From positions 61,628,001 through 61,692,000 of the forward strand of contig OZ241830.1 of the NCBI GenBank assembly GCA_965202585.1: 64,000 bases of DNA, in the 5' to 3' direction. Made by a program: the position numbers and the translations under genes. This document shows positions 54,676-64,000 of the stretch, piece after piece (positions within the stretch are counted from its first letter, which is position 1; the number at the start of each line of letters is the position of its first letter). This DNA is from Thalia democratica. Its lineage: Eukaryota. The notes below the pieces were generated by a model. That model saw nothing but the letters and a program-made list of their open reading frames with translations. It made no database searches and was not told the origin of the DNA.

Positions 54676-56099
54676 ATCACATATATTCTGTAAAGTAGTC
54701 TGTTTGCTTGTATATAAAACTATATTTGCGTAGTGAACTAACGAAAATACAAAGTATAAATGCAAAATAAAAATCGTTTTAGTAGCAGGATGTATCTCAT
54801 CTTCCACATCCTTGTAAATCTCTAAACATAAAAGCAAGTATAGTAGCCTCTGAGACTTGATGCAATCATCAACTTGACGACTGTTTATTATTTATTGGTA
54901 ATGTAATGACTTTTAACTACTTATAATATTGTACGGTTATGAGTTAAAACATTAAAATTTTTATGCGATAAATATTTAGTAGAGTAAGATATAAAATTAA
55001 ACGTTAAAAAGGTCTACAAGAAAAAAAAGTAGTTTAAACACAAATTTCTTTTTCTGCATTATAATTGATTACTGTTTAAAGGTTATATTTATAATTCCAA
55101 CAGTTATAGCTTTTTAATTATTAACTTTGAATTGAACAACAAAATTTGCAAAACTGTTAATTTAGTGTATGAAAAACAAAATAGCAAAATGTGCTAAACT
55201 TATTCATTACAAAAATAAAACAAGTCCGAATCTTGTTTTGGACTTTATGTTAGCTTAAAAATTTATAATATTATCAAGATCTCGAACATAGATAATTTAT
55301 TATAATAAACTTGTCTTAGTTTTTGATGGTTTTTTTGATACTTTGTATAAGTTGTTGTTAAAATAACCTTAAAAAATAAAAAGACCTTATTTTTAGAAAT
55401 TTATCATTTAAGGAAATTAGATTTTTTTACATAGCTAACTTATGAGATTAATGAAATTCTCAGTTAAAATTAAATTCAATAAACTAAAACAAACCTTTAT
55501 TAAGACATTTAGGTTTAGGTTTAAAGTCTATATTTAAGCATGTAAAAAAGTAACATCAAAGTTAGTAAAAAAAAAAAAGCTAATATGAATAAAATTTTTA
55601 AAGAAATTTGCTATTAAATTATAGTAAAGGTAAGTAAAAATGTTTTTTTAAGCTTTAACGAAACATTTATCTACAAATCACTTTATGACTAGTTAGTTGC
55701 AAAACACGAACCTGCATCAATTCATCGTATCCAAGTGTAAAATTTATATTTACAATTTAACATGATAGTATTAGAGTACTATATATGTTTTGTTATTATT
55801 ATTTTTTTAAATATTTTATTTTGCTTGAAAAGGTCGCAGTTTTTTGCCACCGAGACCTGTCGCGAATAAAATAACCAGTTTGCACAGCTCTATTTAAATA
55901 TCTCTTTACATATTGAGTATTATTTTTTAGTTAAGTCAAATAACTATATAGTACTATATATAAAAACAATTTTATTTCAAAAAATAATACAATTTTTTTA
56001 TATTATACTCATATTGTTTGGAGTACTTTCAGATTTTTCTTCAGCAAACAAGTTGAACTGAGTGAACTCAGTTTTTGATGCTTGTAGAAAAGTTATATA

Positions 56100-56330
56100 A
56101 CAACACAATACTAATTATTATTAGAACAAAAATAGACTTACTTAAGGACGATTTGAGAATTTTAATTTATATGATATTGTTACTGATATTATTATTGAAA
56201 AATTATAATCGGATTTAAAACCTTCGTCCTTGGTTGTCATAAATATTATGGATTTTTTGAGCAGTTGTGACAAAATGGACTACAACGTTTTATAATCATT
56301 GAAAATAGTTCTGACTCTAAATATCTCCGC
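56100..56330 (+). pseudogene. Possible highly decayed hAT (ZMYM1-like) transposase dimerization-domain remnant
   Basis: Broken frames give NLYDIV and PSSLVVINIMDFLSSCDKMDYNVL*SLKIVLTL, resembling the hAT C-terminal pattern (YPNV.IALRILLT.P). Recognised from memory only. Confidence 0.35.
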
Positions 56331-56789
56331 ATTACCATATATGACATTACAGCCACATTTTTAAGTTTGTTTTTTGTAGGTATTTACAATTATGAATCAA
56401 ATATTTAAACATTAAATTTTTTATACTATAGAAGTTTTTTTTTGTTATTAATTTTGCAGAATTGTCTGCTTATTTTCCAATAATTTTGCTATTTATCCAT
56501 CAGGCAGCAAAACTACAGCAGCTAGTGCTCACGTTTTTATTATTATTTGGTTTTTAGATACAAATATATTGTATTAGCCTCAAATCTATTTGATTGTGAA
56601 ATCTATTCATTGTGATAATAATCTTTGGTGAGAAGGTATGAAATTTGATTATAATAGTTAAAATAGTTTTGATATCATTTATAAATGTAACTTTTTTTTT
56701 TTATATATATACTATTTCCCTGGACAATTTATAAAAATAAGTAAATTTCTAAGGACAAGTTTGTCTCAAAATTTTATATTAATCAGTTT

Positions 56790-57160
56790 TGCTACCTGGA
56801 ATCCTGGAATTTTTAAACAATTATTTTATGTAAATTAGTAAAATTTAAATTAAAAACATAATCTATCTCATAGATAAATTTTCACTTTTTTAGTAAAACA
56901 ATTTTTTTTTTTTTCGAAATTTGACACCAATAATCAATCTTAACTATAAGGATTTTTTGTTACCATGAAAGTTATTTTTACTTTAAGACACATTTAAAGT
57001 ATCTTTACAGTATATTTTTAGAGTTGTTATGTTATTAAACGTAGTTTTTAACCTTAAACTTAACTTTGAATTATAAATAGCCCCAAAATGTGTACTTTCA
57101 AAAACCTGGAAGAAATTCAGAAAACCTGAAAGAAATTTCTTAAAAACCTGTGGCAACCCA
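56790..57160. mobile_element. Degraded DNA-transposon end with CCTGGAA subterminal repeats
   Basis: ACCTGGAATCCTGGAA (~56794), AAAACCTGGAA, AAAACCTGAAA and AAAACCTGTGGCAACCC (~57145-57160). Similar GTGGCAACCCTG at ~58831. Confidence 0.4.
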
Positions 57161-57899
57161 CTAATCACTATAAAATTAAGCTACATATCTATTAAAAAAA
57201 TACTAAAACATATTTGTATTTTAAAAGTTTTATATAAATGCTGTTTGTTGCAATCCCACAAAAGTTGAACTACTAAATTTTAGTATTAATTTAATAGTTA
57301 TTGAAACAGAATTAGAGAATATTTAATTATATGTCAGGGAATATATTCAAATTAAGAACAGTGTATTTCATACTGTGCATCTCTACACAGTATATCTTCT
57401 GAAATTATTTAATTACTCATAGAAATTAAGGTGAGTAGGAAGATATCTTGGTAAGATTAAATTTTTTCCCATATGGTTTCAATAGAATACTTTTATCATG
57501 ACATTTGATTTATTTAGGTTTGCCACAACTAATTAAGAATTTTAAAAAACTTTGGTTCACCCAATCTAAACTCATTTTTTCTTTGAAAAACTTATATAGT
57601 GTTAGTAATTATTAGGTTTTTCTTGTACATTTTTTTAATAGTTTTATTTGCTGTTTTTAAATTACTTGAGCTTGATAAACAACATTTTTTTTTACCTTTT
57701 GGCTTATTTTGATAATTTATGTCAATTTTCTCAATGCTAATTAAAGCTAGTTTTTATTCATTCAGCTCTGATTTTTGCCCCACAGAGAGGCAAACCTGTT
57801 AATTAATGTATTTTGCATTATTTTATCTGGACTGCCACATTTCAGGATAATTCAGACAGTTGTTTTTTTGAAAATTTCAGAACAATTCAAACTAGTAAA

Positions 57900-58574
57900 G
57901 GGCATAGGGGGAAGTCACCTTTTTTTTTTTGAAATTTGATCTCATTTTATATAGTTTTTACTATGCTACAAGATGCTTTTTACACATTTAAAAAATAAAT
58001 TTAATTAATTTTTTAGATATATCTGGTCAAAGTCAGAGGCAACAATAGGCTTTTTATGGGAGGCGCAAACTAAAACGGCAAGTAACTAGAAATCACTAAA
58101 AATCTATCTCCTACGTTTTTGAGATAACTAGCTCAAATTTTCAGCAAATGTTCCTTACACTATTTAGAAAATTCTGTCAGAATAAAATTAATAAAAATTA
58201 AAAAATTAAAATTTTATAACAAGAAAAGAAAAACAAGTTTTTTATGTTTATTATTTATATAAAATTTTAATTTTTTAGTTTTTAAAAAATCTTTTTGACA
58301 GAATTTTCTAAATATATCAAGGAACATTTCCTAAAAGTTTGAGCTAGTTATCTCAAAAAACGTAGGAGAAGATAGATTTTTAGTGAAATAGTCTATTTTT
58401 GCCGTTTTAGTTTGCACTTCCCATAAGAAACCTATTGTTGCCTCCAACTTTGATCAGCTATATCTCAAAAATTATTTTTTTTGAAACTGTAAAAAGCATT
58501 TTGTAGCTTAGTAAAAACTATATAAAATAAGATCAAATTTCATAAAAAGGTGTTTACCCCTCCCCCCTATGCCC
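57900..58574. mobile_element. Foldback MITE with ~280-bp inverted arms (GGGCATAGGG...CCCTATGCCC), TTAA-type target (Kolobok-like, tentative)
   Basis: Left arm ~57900-58182 is the reverse complement of right arm ~58294-58574 (e.g. ATGGGAGGCGCAAACTAAAACGGCA...GAGATAACTAGCTCAAA). Flanks TAAA / ATTAA; the copy at 33299 ends CCC|TTAA. Confidence 0.85.
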
Positions 58575-60258
58575 ATTAAATTAAAAAAGGCTCAGACCAG
58601 TTTATTTATTATTTTTTTTTGCAAAAAACTGGATAGTTTAACATTTAGTAAGTCTAATGCGAGTTGTTTATAGATATTGGGTTTAGTTGATTTAGCTCCA
58701 ATACTTCATAATTTTATAATAATTTTTCTTAAATACTTATAAATTATTGATGGTGAAAATTTAATCAAAATTTTAGCCTTGAGAATTAACAAAACTCTAG
58801 ATGACTCTGAACAGATTTTTAAGTCAACAAGTGGCAACCCTGTTGAATTTAAATGATAGTTAAACCTTTATCAGTTGCAGATATTTGATAAAATTAACTT
58901 ACAATTCTTTATAATATTTAAGTAACTTCAGTTATTTGCACAACATTTATTTTAAGGTTAAGATGCAAAGTTTTAAGACAATAATACAAATGTTACTATA
59001 ATTTGTGTATGGTCCATTGTTGTAAGTTGAAAATTGATGATGTCCAGTAGTTATTTATGTATGGTACATAAATACTATAAATTATGTTGTAAAAAAACAT
59101 TTGCAAATAAACACAAGTACTTAATATTTTCAAAGAGTTTTCTCAGAATATAAAATAAATATTTCTATAAAATTCCTACTCTTTGGTGATAACTTGGTAT
59201 AATAATTAATTTTTTTAAGTTGAAAAATATTGATAATTTTAAATAGGGTACAATAAGGCAGTATTGTTTTAATATTTTGCTTTTTCACCAAATAAGCATC
59301 AAGTTTGATTAAAAACAAGATATAACCAAGTTTTACTTGACAAAAATTTCATAATAAGTAGATTACAAGTAAGTTTTACTTCAAATTTAATGCTTTGCAC
59401 CCTATCATGTGTAGAAAATCTGTAAAAAAAACTGGCAATAGTGAAAGAGTTGTCAAGGTAAATACAAAATTTACAAAATTTACAAAAGTAATACACAATT
59501 TTATAGAAGTTCTAATGAATAGTATAATTGAGTGTAATATAAATTGAACTAATTATTGCATATTATTTTAAAATCCTGTATTGTTTTTGTAGGCTTAGTT
59601 CCTTATATTTTTTGAGACTATAGGGAGGTCCAACATTAAAGAGAATTGACACTTGCTATTTGAAAGCTTGAATTATATACTTAGATGCTTTTATAGATTT
59701 TTTATGTAACAAAAATTTTTCCTAAGTGATTTTATTGAGTTATAAATAGTTATAGAAATATATATTCTTTATTTTCAAAGAAATTTACTTGAAGTTTATA
59801 GTAAATATTTTTTTTTTCTCCAATATTAAAGATAGTTTGTAGAAAGAGTATTTTAAAAATAAAAGCCAAATAAAATAAATCTATACTAAAATTGTTTCAA
59901 GTTTATAAAAGATTGTATTGAGATGATTAATAACATATACACAAAAATTGAATTAGGAGATAGACTTTTATCTAAATACTCAAGTTTTGTCTTTTTAGTT
60001 TTTGCCTTCCATTAGGAACTTGCTTAACTCGTTTATCTAGATTGCTTATAACTCAAAAGTTTCAAAAAAAGTAAAAATAATTGGTAGATTAGTTTTAATT
60101 GAAAAATAAATAATACAAACTTTAAAAAAAATGCTGGTTAAAAAAACTTTAAGTTAGTGTTTATCTAAAAATACTGTTAACAGATGTTCACTTGAAGAAA
60201 AATATTAATTAAAAAAGTAAACTTTGTTTCAGTTTTAAAATAAGAAAGTTTATTGAAA

Positions 60259-61912
60259 ATGGATAACAACACTTTTGATAACCAAAATGAAGTAAAGCAT
60301 GAAGGCAATGGCGGATCCCAAGAGCAAGGAATGAAGCGCTCCTACAATGACATGAGCAATGACAGAGATGCCATGCCACAGAAGAGGTTTAGGAGGGGAG
60401 GAAACGACCGCAGGAACAATGATGGCAGGTGAGCATAAGTTTATTATATGTAAAAATTGATATTCTTTTAACAAAATTGTAGTTGAAGTAAAATACAATT
60501 AGTATGAACAAAAACTATCCATATACTATCTTAATTAACATGAAGCATGCAAGCATATATAAAATAAATTAGATAAAAATCAAAACTAATGTGATAGGTG
60601 CGAGCTGCGCTGCCTGGTTCCATCAAGAACTGCAGGAGGAGTCATTGGTAAAGGAGGCGCCAACATCAAGGACATGAGAAACACTTTCAACGCTTCCATT
60701 CAGATCCCTGATGCCAGCGCTCCTGAACGCGTCTTGCAGATCAAGGCAACCCCTGAAAGCTGTGGGGAGATCATTCTCAGGGTATTGCCAATTGTTAATC
60801 AGGACAGAGATGGAGGCCGCGGCCGTGGTGACAGGAGAGGCGGAAACAAGGATGGGGAACTCTCATTGAAAGTGCTTGTTCATCAGTCGCAGGCTGGAGC
60901 AATCATTGGAAGCAAAGGGTTCCAGATCAAAGAGTTGAGGGAAAAGACTGGTGCCGTGATCAAGGTGGAGAGAGACTGTGCAGGAGGTTCCACTGACAGA
61001 ATTTGTCTCTTGGCTGGCGCAGCTGAGAAGATCAGCAAGTGCCTGGTTATGATCCTTGAGATCCTTGAAAAGGCGCCACCAAAGGGACCACAACAGAACT
61101 ATGACCCTGGTTTGGATGGTGGCATGGGAGGTCAAGGAGGCATGCGCGGAGGACCACCCATGGATGGGCCAGGAAGACGAGGCCAGATGGGAGGACGTGG
61201 AGGCAGGTTCCCAGGAGGCATGGGCAGGGACAATGGCAGAGACAGGCCAGGCAGAGGAGGCCGTGACTTTGGTGGAAACGGCAGGCAGGGCAACAACTTC
61301 AGACAGGGAGGTGGCCGTGATTTTGGAGGCCGTGGCAACTTTGATGATGAAGAAATGGGAGGTGGTCGTGACTTTGGAGGAAGAGACAATGGCCGTGGCC
61401 AAAGAGACAATGGAAGAGACTTTGGTGGAAACAGAAATTTTGGTGGCAACAGAGATTTTGGAGGTGACAGAGACATGGGAAACAATAGAGATTTCCGTGG
61501 TAACAGAAACATGGGTGGAAACAGAGACTTTGGTGGCAATGGCAGGGACTTTGGTGGCAACAACAGGGATATGGGAGGCAGAGGCAATAGAAACAATGGT
61601 GGCGGAGACTTTCAAGGAAGAGGCGGTCGTGGTGGTCGCGGAGGCATGCAAGCTCAGGGAAGCCGCAACAGGCCTCAGGGAGGACAGAACAGGGACAGGT
61701 CTCAAGGAGGCTTCAACCGCCAAGGCGGTAACAACTACCAGAACCAAGGATTCAACAAAAACCAGGGTGGTAATCAAGGATTTGGCAACCAAGGCGGTTA
61801 TGATGATTACCAGTCAGGAGGCAACCAGGGTTTTGGAAACAACTACAATGATGATTTTGACAACGGTAACGGCAACTTCAACAATGGAGGTCAGCAAGGG
61901 TATGGTTACTAG
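60259..61912 (+). CDS. HNRNPK: hnRNP K-like KH-domain RNA-binding protein, 494 aa; join(60259..60428,60598..61912)
   Basis: N-term with basic NLS-like motifs (KRSYNDM...PQKRFRR). Phase-2 GT-AG intron at 60429-60597. KH1 ELRCLVPSRTAGGVIGKGGANIKDMRNTFNASIQIPDASAPERVL and KH2 LKVLVHQSQAGAIIGSKGFQIKELREKTGAVIKV...STDRI match the hnRNP K pattern, followed by a long RGG/N/Q/Y low-complexity tail. The C-terminus could differ if an internal donor splices to exons beyond the window. Confidence 0.9.
61415..61561 (+). repeat. Coding 18-bp tandem repeat (R-[DN]-[FM]-[GR]-[GN]-[ND] hexapeptide) in hnRNP K
   Basis: RDFGGN RNFGGN RDFGGD RDMGNN RDFRGN RNMGGN RDFGGN G RDFGGN read directly from the frame. Confidence 0.85.
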
Positions 61913-62460
61913 GTAAAAATTTGTTTATGATTTTAAGTTAAATTTTGAAAAAAAGTCTAAGTCATAATTAAAACTTGAATTTTTTTTTTTCTTATTCAAA
62001 GTAATTTTTCTATTCCTATAAAAAACCGAATTAAAATTAAGCAGTTATACTGACTAGAGAAGGCTTTAAAGATTAAATAGTACTGTTAATTTGTTAAGAA
62101 TTCTATATGAGCAACCATAACTTAAATTGATTTTCCAACTTTTTTCAGTATAAAAATCCCTTTAAAAACATAACTGATATAGATTTCATAATAAAGTTTA
62201 CTTATTGGATAGCCAAAAATTATTAGCTTTCTCCCGATGGTTACATGATAGATACATAATGTGTATAATATTTTCCTTTTGTGGCTTTTCTCTGCAACCT
62301 TTTTTACTTAAATCCAGTATAAAAAGTGTTTATTTTAGGTTCCAATTTACGAACCCTTATTGTTGTACTTTATCACGCATTTCACTATATTATAGCTTGA
62401 TTTTTGTAACCAGTACTTACTTAGTGGCTTAGAAACTTAACCATTTGACGTCCTCTCCAG

Positions 62461-62560
62461 GCTACTAGACCATTGCAAACCTACGTCCTCATCCAAAAAC
62501 ATCCTTCACAATTCCTCACAGTCCACGTGGCATTATGGCAGTTCATTGGGATGAAGCACA
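62461..62560 (+). other. Candidate alternative terminal / 3'-UTR exon of hnRNP K
   Basis: Branch-point-like CTTAAC (~62436), pyrimidine tract TCCTCTCCAG ending 62460, exon starting GCTACTAG; locally higher GC. 3' end unknown. Confidence 0.5.
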
Positions 62561-64000
62561 CCTAATCTTGTTTACCAATTTTGATGGTCTATATTGTTTT
62601 GTTTCATATTACCCTTTTAATAAATGTTACGCAAACCATTTTAAGGCTTGTTTTGTTACACTCATGAGTTGATATATATGTTTTCCATGTAGAAATATTT
62701 TTAGCTAAATTGATAAGATATTTGAAATTTTGAAAAAAAAAAATGTATTACTTCCTTATGTCAAGTTATTAACTGACTAAATTACTTCTCACACTTTTTA
62801 CTAAATATTAGTTGTTTAATACCTGCTTTTAAATTTAGAACTTCTGAATTATTATCTGTTGACATTTGCTATCTTTTAAAATTTCGAAGATTATTATCAA
62901 TGAAGAGCACCCTGCTCCCTATTTATTGAATAATTAATAAATTGATAAAATGATATTTTTAGTGATACTTAATTAAGTATAGCCTTAAATAATTAGTCTA
63001 GATTTCATAAGTAACATAATCTTAAGATAGTTTTTAGCTCTTAATAAAGATACTAATTATCTTATTTAAAAAATAAGCTGCTCTGTTTTAAACAAAACTT
63101 AATTACGCATGGTTTTAAAGATAAACATTTAATATCTATTGCCAGTTGAAGTTCTTGACAATTAAAAATTTATAAAAAATATTTTTTAATGATCTGTGTA
63201 GAGCAACAGAAGTCATCTAATGCGCACTCTTCAATTTGTTTAATAGCATTTTAAAATAAATTTTTAATACAGCCAGCATTACTCTTACTTTTCAAAAATT
63301 AAAGTCTATGGTTATATAGTTTTTTTACTTGTACATTTAAACCCATAAAAGTATTATTTGTTCTGACTACTTAATTATAACCTAGTGTTAGTATATTATG
63401 CAATCTACCAGGGAGTCTTATATAAGATAAAATGAAGCTAGTGCAAAATTTTTCCACGTTAATTGATAATTTATTGTCAAATTATTTATTTTTGCCGCTT
63501 AGAACCACTATCAAAAATTTATAAGTTTTTTCAAGTTGAATGCTGCCAAACTTAAGAAGCATTTGAAATTTTTAAAGCTGACTAAAGTACATGGTTTTGA
63601 TATCTTAAAGCGAGTTTTATTGGTTTTATTATTAGAATGGGACTAAGGAATTTTCTAAAAATGTATTTATATTTTTCATATGTTTTAAATTCCTAAATAA
63701 GTTGAAAATGATGGTTCGGTATGTAAAATTAGTTATGAAATGAACTCCTGTCTAAAAAGCTTTGTGTATTTTAAATTTAGATTGGGTAAGGTACAAATTA
63801 TAAATTTTTGTGAAAAATGAGAAGGAAAATATTAAAGCTTTTACTAAACTGGTATTCTTTTACAAAGTAAACAATTTCTGTAGATTTTTGATTTAAGATT
63901 TTAGACTTTTATAGAAGTTCAAGCTTATAACTGAAAGCTAAAATTTTTGTAGAAAGTATGTAAGTTAAAGTAAAGAAAAAATATGAGAGGTATTACTTCA

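Noticed and set aside
54628-54837. 69-aa minus-strand ORF (EIYKDVEDEIHPATK) with a possible acceptor
   Set aside because: No partner exons or recognisable domain; overlaps a MITE end.
57338-57430. Possible upstream non-coding exon of hnRNP K (AAG|GTGAGT donor at 57431)
   Set aside because: Only a consensus donor in AT-rich sequence; no independent support.
60863-61916. Long overlapping ORFs: 309 aa (-), 286 aa (+, shifted frame) and 154 aa (-) over hnRNP K exon 2
   Set aside because: Expected by-product of G/R/N/D-rich, T-poor low-complexity codons that rarely create stops in other frames; the translations have no domain character.
1-64000. tRNA, rRNA, snRNA, SL RNA, known miRNAs, CRISPR arrays; remaining 60-80 aa ORFs in the track
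   Set aside because: No such RNA motifs recognised by eye (a covariance-model scan would be needed to exclude them). The remaining short ORFs are F/L/I/K/N-rich translations typical of AT-rich non-coding DNA.

Overview
Very AT-rich eukaryotic genomic DNA (non-coding parts look roughly 20-25% GC by eye, not computed). It is almost certainly from a tunicate, because it carries an intron-rich connexin. Three spliced genes were reconstructed by hand with GT-AG introns and consistent phases: (1) a 5-exon secreted coiled-coil + Sushi/CCP + atypical C-type lectin protein (+, 6676-9265, 249 aa); (2) an 11-exon connexin (-, 31303-18626, 409 aa) with an expanded, His-rich second extracellular loop containing an N-glycosylation sequon; (3) a 2-exon hnRNP K-like gene (+, 60259-61912, 494 aa) with KH1-KH2 followed by an RGG/prion-like tail and no KH3 visible in the window. 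The ~29 kb between connexin and hnRNP K is transposon-rich: a hAT/Charlie element with perfect 8-bp TSD and a nested TA-MITE, a 9-bp-TSD MULE-like MITE, and a foldback MITE. The most unusual feature is an inverted pair of ~92-bp repeats, each carrying a minimal type I hammerhead ribozyme of the Penelope-like-element kind, flanking a diverged ~335-bp tandem duplication. Most ORFs in the supplied track are spurious.
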